A stretch of DNA of 10,875 nucleotides from UHGV virus genome UHGV-0301773; one strand, 5' to 3'. Origin of the DNA: a virus. Within the stretch, counting starts at the first letter, position 1. Each line of letters begins with the position of its first letter. A program made the position numbers and the translations under genes. Shown piece after piece: positions 1-6,669 of the stretch. Under the pieces are notes generated by a model, which had not been told where the DNA came from, did no database searches, and saw nothing but the letters and a program-made list of their open reading frames with translations.

Positions 1-106
1 CATAACGTTTACTGATGCGTCGGGTTAATTCTTCCTTTAACGCATCCACAGCACCGGTTGGCATTTTAGTCATTTTTTCTTTGGCTATGCAGATTTCAAT
101 ACGCAT
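1..106 (-). CDS. DinI-like damage-inducible protein (N-terminal 35 codons; 3' end lies outside the window)
   Basis: Reverse-strand ATG at 106..104 with RBS GAGGGA upstream; translation [35 protein letters not shown] resembles the DinI N-terminus as I recall it. LexA box immediately upstream. Confidence 0.6.
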   Translation of the reverse strand, partial: MRIEICIAKEKMTKMPTGAVDALKEELTRRISKRY

Positions 107-119
107 AAAAGTCCCTCTA

Positions 120-139
120 TACTGTGTTTGTATACAGTG
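120..139. promoter_or_regulatory. LexA (SOS) box, taCTGT-N8-ACAGtg, in the promoter of the DinI-like gene
   Basis: CTGT at 122-125 and ACAG at 134-137 with AT-rich 8-bp spacer (gtttgtat), matching the CTGT-N8-ACAG LexA consensus; sits 16-33 bp upstream of the dinI-like start codon. Confidence 0.55.
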
Positions 140-167
140 TTATTTTTAACTGTATGGATAAACAGTG

Positions 168-1265
168 TCAAGAGGTCTTATTTCTGCTCCTTTGGAGCTC
201 TTCAAAACGATTATGTAAAGATTTCGGATACAGTTCGGTATATACCTGCCATAGCACGTTTAATGAACGATGCCCTGTGACCTGGGCGACTTCCTCAATA
301 CTAAAACCAGCCTCAAATAAGCGACTTGCCCCTTCTCTACGCAAATCATGGTATCGCAGATCCTTAATACCTAATTTGCTTCTTACCCTCTGAAATCCCG
401 CAGTAACAGAAGTGCTGTTATATGGAAAAATGAATTCCGATTTTTTGGGCTGTCGTTGGACGATATCCCAGGCTTCCCCAAGCAAGGCTACTTTCATGTG
501 GTTGCCTTCCTTTTTGCGTGGATCTTTCCTGTCTCTTACGAGTATAGATTTTTGTTCCTGGTCGAGATCTTCCCATCGTAACCGGCATACTTCTCCGATC
601 CGCATACAGGACCACACAGAAAATTTGAGGATATCAACGAACGGAATTTTTGAGCATTTATGAGTAGATCGTTGTTGAAGGCCTTCAATGAGCATGTCCA
701 GTTCATCAGATGCTGGTCTACGATTACGACGGTTTGATTTACCAATCAAACCAAGTTTAAGTAGATATGGGCGAGCGCTTTTCGCCGGGTTTGATGTGTA
801 ATTAATTCCGTATACAGGTTTGGCCGCATCCAGAACACTGCCAAGATAACTAACATCGTGGCTGACTGTTGCTGGACCTGCACCAGCGTTGTTTCTTAGC
901 CTGCAATGTTCAATTACGTCATTTTCTGTCAGTTCAGATAGTTTGATCGCGGAGATGTCACTATCCATAAGCAGTTCCAGCACATATCTTTTAGTACGGC
1001 CTGCTTTACCTCCGGCATTTGGGTCATTTAAATATTTGTGTAGTAAGTCACGGACTGTAAGTCCGTCAACTGCATTTGATGATGGAATGCCATATAGATC
1101 TAATTCCATCACTTTCTGTGTTCCCCATGTTTTGGCATGAGCATGTTTAGGGAATGTTTTGCTTTCCCTGTAAGTGATAACACCTTTTTCTTTGATAATC
1201 ACATTACAGCGATAGCGTGGTGTGCCATCGGATTTTAGTCGTTTCTCTATGTTATAGTACGCCAT
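168..1265 (-). CDS. int: Phage integrase, tyrosine recombinase family
   Basis: 365-aa ORF; C-terminal catalytic region contains HDLRREGASRLF (H-x-x-R) and a downstream conserved tyrosine (LWQVY), with an N-terminal arm-binding-type domain; typical phage integrase length. Confidence 0.9.
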   Translation of the reverse strand: MAYYNIEKRLKSDGTPRYRCNVIIKEKGVITYRESKTFPKHAHAKTWGTQKVMELDLYGIPSSNAVDGLTVRDLLHKYLNDPNAGGKAGRTKRYVLELLMDSDISAIKLSELTENDVIEHCRLRNNAGAGPATVSHDVSYLGSVLDAAKPVYGINYTSNPAKSARPYLLKLGLIGKSNRRNRRPASDELDMLIEGLQQRSTHKCSKIPFVDILKFSVWSCMRIGEVCRLRWEDLDQEQKSILVRDRKDPRKKEGNHMKVALLGEAWDIVQRQPKKSEFIFPYNSTSVTAGFQRVRSKLGIKDLRYHDLRREGASRLFEAGFSIEEVAQVTGHRSLNVLWQVYTELYPKSLHNRFEELQRSRNKTS

Positions 1266-1284
1266 TACACGACCTCGTTATTTC

Positions 1285-1520
1285 GGGTTCCCATAAAACG
1301 TGGGAACCTGTGCGGGAACCTAACGCGAGAAAAATAGCCTGAAATGTTCAAAAATGCACGATAATCATGAAACACAAAAAATTAATCAAACCAGCGTGAT
1401 GCCTGAAAAAACTGGTGTTTGCTGGAATTCTCGGTTTAGCATTGCTCCTATGCTCGATAGGATGTATCGTTTTTGAAAAACAATTGGTTATGTGTTTTGT
1501 GGGAGCCTATTGGGAACCTA
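1285..1520. repeat. Cluster of short GGGAACC(T) repeats upstream of int; candidate protein-binding (arm-type) sites
   Basis: GGGTTCCC at 1285-1292 (inverted), GGGAACCT at 1302-1309, GGGAACCTAA at 1314-1323, GGGAGCCTA at 1501-1509, GGGAACCTA at 1512-1520. Confidence 0.4.
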
Positions 1521-1577
1521 TCAAAAGATTTTTTGTCATAACAGTGTGAGATGCAAAACACTGTGATGGTCGCTTTG

Positions 1578-1605
1578 TTGACATCGCAACTTCTGCAGGT
1601 ATAAT
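1578..1605 (+). promoter_or_regulatory. Consensus sigma70 promoter (TTGACA-16 bp-TATAAT) for the plus-strand two-gene module
   Basis: TTGACA at 1578-1583 and TATAAT at 1600-1605, both perfect hexamers, 16-bp spacer; predicted start near 1612, about 150 nt upstream of the first gene. Confidence 0.6.
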
Positions 1606-1621
1606 TCGCCACCAATTTGTA

Positions 1622-1641
1622 ACCTGTGTATATGTACAGTC
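1622..1641. promoter_or_regulatory. LexA (SOS) box, acCTGT-N8-ACAGtc, just downstream of the module promoter
   Basis: CTGT at 1624-1627, spacer gtatatgt, ACAG at 1636-1639; positioned about +11 to +30 relative to the predicted start, suitable for repression. Confidence 0.55.
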
Positions 1642-1762
1642 ATTTGCTGGTTATAAACACAGTGAATTGCTCTTGCAATCTTCCAAAACTTTTTTGTTCG
1701 TGTTAGGTTGAGATAACAGTGATGATACTGTTTGCACATTCAGTGTAATGAGGAGGGTGGTT

Positions 1763-2236
1763 ATGTACAGTCCGGTACAAATAGCCAATAAATTCATAAC
1801 GTTGGGAAACCAACATCATAATCCTCTGACCCACATGCAACTTCAGAAGCTTACTTATATTGCCCATGGTTACTATTTAGCATTAACAGGTAAGCCTTTG
1901 CTCAATGAATGTGTCTCCGCGTGGAAGTACGGTCCAGTTATTCCTGGAATGTACGATGCTTTCAAAGACTATGGGAATAAACCTGTTACGAATGTAGCAG
2001 TAGCTCCTTTTGGTGGCATCGTTACTATGGATCCGCAAGCAGAGAGCATTATAGGGGCTGTTTATAAGTTTTACGGCTCGAAAAATGGAATTGAGTTATC
2101 AACTCTAACTCATATGCCAGGTACGCCTTGGTCACAAGCTTATAATGGTATTGGCTCGTCGATCATCTCAAATGATGCGATCAAGGCTTATTATCATGAT
2201 TTATTGAATAACCGACAGCAATGTCAGGGCCTCTGA
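1763..2236 (+). CDS. Panacea-domain (DUF4065, PanA/SocA/GepA-like) protein; putative antitoxin or immunity component
   Basis: Strong RBS AGGAGG at 1751-1756, 6 nt before ATG 1763 (the in-frame ATG at 1748 has no RBS). Motifs THMQLQKLTYIAHGYYLALTGKPLL and WKYGPVIPGMYDAFKDYG resemble the Panacea/COG3600 signature as I recall it. Confidence 0.7.
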   Translation: MYSPVQIANKFITLGNQHHNPLTHMQLQKLTYIAHGYYLALTGKPLLNECVSAWKYGPVIPGMYDAFKDYGNKPVTNVAVAPFGGIVTMDPQAESIIGAVYKFYGSKNGIELSTLTHMPGTPWSQAYNGIGSSIISNDAIKAYYHDLLNNRQQCQGL

Positions 2237-2258
2237 AAAAGTAATATTCAGGGATGAC

Positions 2259-2807
2259 ATGTCTCATAATTCAGATATCTATAAACTGATCGGAGCGGCC
2301 GCAGGTGTTGAAAATGGTCGCTCTGAAGCATCCTTAAACTCTACTGACAGTCAAGAGCAGGCTTTTGAATCCGCATTTGAGCCGTCTAATCATGAGCGCG
2401 ATGATGATTCTTCTTCAGAAAATAAGGCTATTCTGGAGGCAGAAGAGTTTGGTTCTAATACTGGTGCATTGCATGAGTTTATGCAGCAGAACAGAATGGA
2501 CAGTCTTCAAGCTCAGCTTGATATGCTCAAGTCACAAGTACGGGATAAGATAGCTGACGCAACTGGTAAAGAAATAGACAATGAGCTTCGGACAAAAATG
2601 GCCTCATTCACGGTTTGGTTTATGTCGTGTTGGTGCTTATTTGTAGCCGGAATGTTTGTATCATTTCTTATTGCTCATGAAGGAAAGCCGCCAGTTGAAG
2701 CAATCGTTGCATTACTGGGAACAAGTACAATTAGTATTGTTGGTTTGGTTGGCTTCGTTGTTAGTGGATTGTTCAAATCTAGAAAAGATGGCGATAAAGA
2801 AAAATAA
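2259..2807 (+). CDS. Two-TM membrane protein with acidic, coiled-coil-like N-terminal domain; candidate toxin/effector partner of the PanA-like protein
   Basis: 182-aa ORF starting 22 bp after the upstream stop, RBS AGGGA; acidic serine-rich N-terminus, helical central segment (LQAQLDMLKSQVRDKIAD), two hydrophobic helices near the C-terminus (FTVWFMSCWCLFVAGMFVSFLIA; AIVALLGTSTISIVGLVGFVVSGLF), basic tail. No family recognised. Confidence 0.7.
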   Translation: MSHNSDIYKLIGAAAGVENGRSEASLNSTDSQEQAFESAFEPSNHERDDDSSSENKAILEAEEFGSNTGALHEFMQQNRMDSLQAQLDMLKSQVRDKIADATGKEIDNELRTKMASFTVWFMSCWCLFVAGMFVSFLIAHEGKPPVEAIVALLGTSTISIVGLVGFVVSGLFKSRKDGDKEK

Positions 2808-2825
2808 CCCGTATATACACGGGTT
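2791..2825 (-). terminator. Rho-independent terminator between the convergent module and the leftward early operon
   Basis: Perfect 7-bp stem AACCCGT (2806-2812) / ACGGGTT (2819-2825) with 6-nt loop; on the minus-strand transcript the hairpin is followed by AUUUUUCUUU. Weaker U-tract in the plus direction. Confidence 0.6.
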
Positions 2826-2840
2826 ATTCATGGTCTTAGT

Positions 2841-3113
2841 TTAGTTATATTTTTGTTTATCCGTTCTGACCTTTTCCCACTCAGCTCGTCCTTCTTCTCG
2901 TCTTTTGTCTATGTATTCCGCAAGATCCTGAATATTGATGCAACGTTTTGCTTTTTGTGATGTGCCGATGCGATATGTTGGAACGGGCAACTTACAAGCG
3001 TTTGCTTTTGCTTCTGCCGTGGCTGGACTCATGCCAAAGTACTTTTGGCTAACTGCTGAGAGTTCAATGTTAGGGGTATTGAATTCAGCCATCAGTAAAA
3101 ACAAGGTGTTCAT
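2841..3113 (-). CDS. Excisionase-like small DNA-binding protein (Xis/PrtN-type), tentative
   Basis: Last gene of the leftward operon, next to the int region; probable start ATG at 3113 with RBS GGAG 6 nt upstream (track ORF extends to a GTG at 3140). About 90 aa and basic; family assignment from memory only. Confidence 0.55.
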   Translation of the reverse strand: MNTLFLLMAEFNTPNIELSAVSQKYFGMSPATAEAKANACKLPVPTYRIGTSQKAKRCINIQDLAEYIDKRREEGRAEWEKVRTDKQKYN

Positions 3114-3149
3114 AATTTTCTCCATCAAAACCGGCTGCACCCGGGAAAA

Positions 3150-3722
3150 TCATAATTCTGTGCTGGTGGCAGGAATTAATTTCTGCCAGATAGCGGAAAC
3201 ATATTTTGCCTGATGACGGGCATCAGCCAGGGCGTTGTGCCGTTCGCCATCGAAAGGCATGTCCATTTTGGGGTCGAATCCGATGGAACGCCCAAGCGTA
3301 ACGATCGTGCGTACATCGTGGTCATTCCAGTACGCCCACGGGCAGATTTGTCCTGCTCGCTCGTAAGCTCCACGTAAAATTACGTTGTCGAAGGTGGCCC
3401 CGTTACCCCAGACTTTTAAATATTTTGTATTGTCTGCATGCTGATTAATGAAATGGCTCAGTTCAGAGAGTGCATCGCTGATCGACAAAGTATCATCAAT
3501 ACATATTGCAGCTCGTGCTTCAGAGCTCTGTTTCAACCACCACAGGATGGTATCGCCGTCAGGTGTAGCTCCTTGCTTCATAGCACTGTCCAAGCTGACA
3601 ACCGTATAGAATTCTTGTCCGATGTCTCCTGTTTCTAGGGTGAAGAACACCGCGCCAATGGAAACGATCGGCGCGTCCTTATTTTTCCCCATCGTCTCAA
3701 GGTCGATCATTAAGTTGTTCAT
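3150..3722 (-). CDS. DEDDh-type (DnaQ-like) 3'-5' exonuclease
   Basis: ATG at 3722 overlaps the upstream stop (TGATG) with RBS GGAGG; motifs MIDLET (D-x-E), GNGATFD and HNALADA (H-x4-D) are typical of DEDDh exonucleases. Confidence 0.8.
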   Translation of the reverse strand: MNNLMIDLETMGKNKDAPIVSIGAVFFTLETGDIGQEFYTVVSLDSAMKQGATPDGDTILWWLKQSSEARAAICIDDTLSISDALSELSHFINQHADNTKYLKVWGNGATFDNVILRGAYERAGQICPWAYWNDHDVRTIVTLGRSIGFDPKMDMPFDGERHNALADARHQAKYVSAIWQKLIPATSTEL

Positions 3723-4432
3723 CACTTCACCTCCTGCGGCGGTTCCGGTAGCGGCATCCAGTGAGTTGCTTGCTCAATACCATTACCCGGCTTAATCGTT
3801 GCATCTCCGCGCCGAAAGGTGCTTCCGGTATAGCGTGCGGAGCATATTAGCGGTTCAACCAGAGAGCTATCGAAATTCACCGAAATAAGCACGTTCTGGC
3901 CCTTTTCAGGCATTCGATCACTACAGCTTATCCAACTATCCGGAGTTACCGGAGAGTTGCCATTTACATCGAAGTTTGGCTCTGCGTCCTGAACCAGGAG
4001 GATGTAACCATTCTTGGCAGTATCAAGTTCTAACGCCTCGGTGACGGTGCCGAAATAGCGATTACCTAAATCAGCATCACAAGTGCTTACATCAATGGAA
4101 ACTTCCATGCCTTCGATTAATTCTGGCAAGTTGTAAGTTTGGTTTACAGGTTGGCCTCCCTGAAGCATGGCGGCGCGGTGACACCAGATAATCCAGCCAA
4201 GCGCCATATCCCATGCCATGTATTCTCTATCACCATTTTTCGCCCTGCGGCGATCTACAGATTCCCCGAAACGCTTCTCCATAAATAATTCATAGGCTGC
4301 TCGTTCATCCGATACTGCTGCCAGTGATGCCAGTGCAATTCGTGCCAGTTCCATTTGTTCGCCACGGGTAAGCCCGTTTTCAAGCGGATTTTTAATGAAT
4401 AATTCGATACGTTCTTTGGTAATAGAATTCAT
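3722..4432 (-). CDS. DUF551-domain phage protein with long N-terminal extension
   Basis: 236-aa ORF, RBS AAGGTG; C-terminal region WISCSDRMPEKGQNVLI...ATHWMPLPEPP resembles the DUF551 signature. Confidence 0.75.
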   Translation of the reverse strand: MNSITKERIELFIKNPLENGLTRGEQMELARIALASLAAVSDERAAYELFMEKRFGESVDRRRAKNGDREYMAWDMALGWIIWCHRAAMLQGGQPVNQTYNLPELIEGMEVSIDVSTCDADLGNRYFGTVTEALELDTAKNGYILLVQDAEPNFDVNGNSPVTPDSWISCSDRMPEKGQNVLISVNFDSSLVEPLICSARYTGSTFRRGDATIKPGNGIEQATHWMPLPEPPQEVK

Positions 4433-4433
4433 G

Positions 4434-4625
4434 CTATTTCACCTTAATCTCAACATTTCGCAGTTTTAGCTCTACTGGCAGGTCTGACTTTCCTGTTAAT
4501 GCTAATGCGAGATTTTCTGGAGTAATGAGAGCAGTTATTGTTTTCCCCCTCGCCAGACGAATAATCATGCGTATCTCGCGATCGTCACATGCTCCCGGTC
4601 GAACAATTGATATTTGTCCGTTCAT
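4434..4625 (-). CDS. Small hypothetical phage protein (63 aa)
   Basis: Tightly packed in the operon (stop 2 nt before the next start; own RBS GGAG); no recognisable motif. Confidence 0.55.
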   Translation of the reverse strand: MNGQISIVRPGACDDREIRMIIRLARGKTITALITPENLALALTGKSDLPVELKLRNVEIKVK

Positions 4626-4626
4626 C

Positions 4627-5223
4627 TCACTCTCCTTTGATGCCAGTGTTTACAACCTGGCAAGCCTCTTTGAGCACCCAGTCAACAGCGTCTTTCCATG
4701 CTCCGGTTTCGACTGGCGGATTTTCACGCTTAACCTGTTCATAGAAGCGCACTGCTTTAACCAGTCCTTCCGGTACTACTGGCGATGGCTGTTTAGCTTC
4801 TAAATCAGCAATTCTGTCAACCACGGCATCGACAGCATCTGAAAAGCCGAACCAGTTGCTCCACTCCGGCCTGTTACCGGTTGCTGCAAAGTACATATCA
4901 TCTAAAGCAGACTCAGCATGGTCACGCTCGTTAATGAGTTGCTCTTCGCTTTTCTCCAGTTCTGCAATACGCTTGTTTTGGGATTCCCGTTCATCCAGCA
5001 GCGCCTGCACTACTTCAGGGTTGAAAGCTGCGATATAACGAGCGTTGTTCTCTGCATTTTTCTGTCCATCAAAGCCGGTCCATTTGATAACGTCTTCACA
5101 TCGTTTATCACCGGGCGTATGCACCGCATACGTACCAGTACCCGGCGAAATAAATGCGACCCATTCGCTTTGTGTTGCCTGTTTTGCTATCTCACGCAGT
5201 GCCTGATAGTCAATCTCGCTCAC
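4627..5223 (-). CDS. Ead/Ea22-like early-region protein
   Basis: GTG start at 5223 preceded by perfect RBS AGGAGG at 6-nt spacing and overlapping the upstream stop (GTGA); N-terminus MSEIDYQALREIAKQATQSEW recalls the Ead/Ea22 family. Confidence 0.7.
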   Translation of the reverse strand: MSEIDYQALREIAKQATQSEWVAFISPGTGTYAVHTPGDKRCEDVIKWTGFDGQKNAENNARYIAAFNPEVVQALLDERESQNKRIAELEKSEEQLINERDHAESALDDMYFAATGNRPEWSNWFGFSDAVDAVVDRIADLEAKQPSPVVPEGLVKAVRFYEQVKRENPPVETGAWKDAVDWVLKEACQVVNTGIKGE

Positions 5224-5459
5224 TGGTTGCCTCCTTTACGGATCTGCGCAGCGATGCACGAAAAAAAAGACTCTCGCGTATGACTGTTAAGAGCTGGCGC
5301 GAACGCCGCGTTAAGAACGGCAGCATCACAGCCGTCATCGATATAGAGCGCAATTTTTTTCTCCAGGCGTGCTTTGGCTTCCTGCAACTGCATACCCCGG
5401 CACGCACGCGGGATATACTCAGCAATTTGAGCGATAGATTTTTCGTTCTGTTTAAACAT
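5220..5459 (-). CDS. Small hypothetical phage protein (79 aa)
   Basis: ATG at 5459 overlaps the upstream gene by 8 nt (ATGTTTAA); its stop overlaps the downstream GTG start; no recognised family. Confidence 0.6.
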   Translation of the reverse strand: MFKQNEKSIAQIAEYIPRACRGMQLQEAKARLEKKIALYIDDGCDAAVLNAAFAPALNSHTRESFFSCIAAQIRKGGNQ

Positions 5460-5655
5460 GCTTCACCTCGATAGGCTTGATGGTATCGATCAGCAGTCGG
5501 CGGCGAGTATTTTCTGCAAAGTGGCGGCGTCCGTTTTCTTTGTGGTAAAACTCGTTTTTTCCGACGACCCACATCCGCTTTGTCTGGTGCAGTTTTTTTA
5601 CCTGCGGACCGTCTCGGGTGATAACAATTCCTGTGTGAGTTTTTATCACGCTCAT
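5452..5655 (-). CDS. Small basic hypothetical phage protein (67 aa)
   Basis: ATG at 5655 overlaps the upstream stop (ATGA); lysine/arginine-rich; no recognised family. Confidence 0.6.
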   Translation of the reverse strand: MSVIKTHTGIVITRDGPQVKKLHQTKRMWVVGKNEFYHKENGRRHFAENTRRRLLIDTIKPIEVKHV

Positions 5656-6014
5656 TTCTTATTCTCCGGTGCTTTCGGCATTACTGCCCAGTGAGTGATA
5701 TTGACGTTTTCAAGGTCCCCGACCTGAAATGTCCACTGCCATTCTCCGGTTTCTTTTTGTCCCCAGGTGTACCAGAGAGAACGCCAGCCAATTAGCCAGC
5801 CTTCTCCGTTAGCATCAAATAACAGAACACTTTCATTTGCTGGTGGCAGTTCAGCTGACACTGGTATTATTTTGTTTTCCAGTGCCGCACATTTAGCTTC
5901 AAGCGCATCGAATTTACGTACCAGGTACTCAGCATTTGTTTCGTTCACTTTCAGATCTCGCGGTACACATTTCCCGCGAAGAAACCCTTCCATTTCGAAA
6001 ACATTCATGCTCAT
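5652..6014 (-). CDS. DUF551-domain phage protein (short paralog)
   Basis: ATGA-coupled start at 6014; C-terminus WQWTFQVGDLENVNITHWAVMPKAPE matches the DUF551 C-terminal signature also seen in 3722-4432. Confidence 0.7.
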   Translation of the reverse strand: MSMNVFEMEGFLRGKCVPRDLKVNETNAEYLVRKFDALEAKCAALENKIIPVSAELPPANESVLLFDANGEGWLIGWRSLWYTWGQKETGEWQWTFQVGDLENVNITHWAVMPKAPENKK

Positions 6015-6541
6015 TTGCGTAACTCCGATAACTCGTTAAAACGTTCCATAAACATCCCGTAGGCATGGCCCGGTGCCAGTGGAATCACGTTGAACATCTC
6101 TGTTGCCGGGATGCCTTCCAGTACAGGCCAGAAAGAGCCATCATCAAGCCCGAGATCGCGGCGTTCGGTTGCCAGCATGATGAGATCGGCATATTTCACA
6201 GGCGTGCTCATAACCGGGGGTAACCCGTATTTCTCACGGATTACGGCATCTATTTTTTCTTCCATCCGTTTATAGTCAGGAAGAAGGCGTTTCAGTGGAG
6301 CGGGGATGTCCTGGCAATATGCTTCTGTTGCATCATGCATTAACGCTTCAAAAGCAAATTCCTGCGGTACCAGCTGGCTGCAAAGCACCGCATGCTGGGC
6401 GACGCTGTAGAAGTGTGAAAGATGTCCTGCAAAGCGACAGATATTTGAAAGGGAAACTGCGATATCGTTAATCACGATGTCGTCTTTATTTATCTTGTCA
6501 TAATAAAAATGCTTCCCGGAAAAAGTTTTAATAAATGACAT
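6011..6541 (-). CDS. yfdR: HD-domain phosphohydrolase, YfdR-like 5'-deoxynucleotidase
   Basis: Probable start ATG at 6541 with RBS GGAG 6 nt upstream (track ORF begins at a GTG at 6553); HD motif (AQHAVL ... LMHDATEAY); N-terminus MSFIKTFSGKHFYY matches my recollection of E. coli CPS-53 YfdR. Confidence 0.8.
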   Translation of the reverse strand: MSFIKTFSGKHFYYDKINKDDIVINDIAVSLSNICRFAGHLSHFYSVAQHAVLCSQLVPQEFAFEALMHDATEAYCQDIPAPLKRLLPDYKRMEEKIDAVIREKYGLPPVMSTPVKYADLIMLATERRDLGLDDGSFWPVLEGIPATEMFNVIPLAPGHAYGMFMERFNELSELRK

Positions 6542-6635
6542 TTCGTTCTCCACTTTATATGCGCTGCACCGCGCTGAATTCTGCTAAAAGGAAGCTCTCA
6601 CCATCCGGTGATTATTGAGTTAATTACGTTTCCAT

Positions 6636-6657
6636 AAATGCCCCCGCAGGGGCATTT
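6636..6657 (-). terminator. Intra-operon hairpin (possible attenuator or weak terminator) between the yfdQ-like and yfdR-like genes
   Basis: Stem AAATGCCCC / GGGGCATTT with 4-nt loop (CGCA) in a 128-bp intergenic gap; only a short U-run follows in either direction. Confidence 0.3.
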
Positions 6658-6669
6658 GCAGTAATGAAA

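Noticed and set aside
124-1140. Plus-strand ORFs 124-393, 412-663 and 889-1140, and minus-strand ORFs 418-615 and 536-745, inside the integrase gene
   Set aside because: All lie within or antisense to the integrase ORF (168-1265), which has clear catalytic motifs; no RBS or family signal; treated as shadow ORFs.
1536-1739. Minus-strand 67-aa ORF in the int-module intergenic region
   Set aside because: Overlaps the consensus plus-strand promoter and LexA box, has a Cys/His/Gln-rich low-complexity translation and no RBS; more likely non-coding regulatory DNA.
1748-1762. Upstream in-frame ATG at 1748 as start of the PanA-like gene
   Set aside because: The AGGAGG Shine-Dalgarno lies inside this extension, optimally placed for ATG 1763; the 1748 start has no RBS. 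An annotation pipeline might still choose 1748.
2365-2844. Plus-strand ORFs 2365-2553 and 2656-2844 in alternate frames
   Set aside because: Internal to the 2259-2807 gene in other frames; hydrophobic translations are a by-product of the TM-coding region.
5210-5572. Minus-strand 120-aa ORF spanning the two small coupled genes
   Set aside because: Alternative frame across 5220-5459 and 5452-5655; arginine/serine-rich low-complexity translation; the two coupled genes with ATGA/ATGTTTAA overlaps are more parsimonious.
2935-5694. Plus-strand ORFs (2935-3213, 3438-3638, 4525-4803, 4856-5038, 4918-5283, 5154-5474, 5458-5694) and minus-strand ORF 3176-3373
   Set aside because: Antisense or alternate-frame to a continuous block of translationally coupled minus-strand genes with RBSs and recognisable domains.
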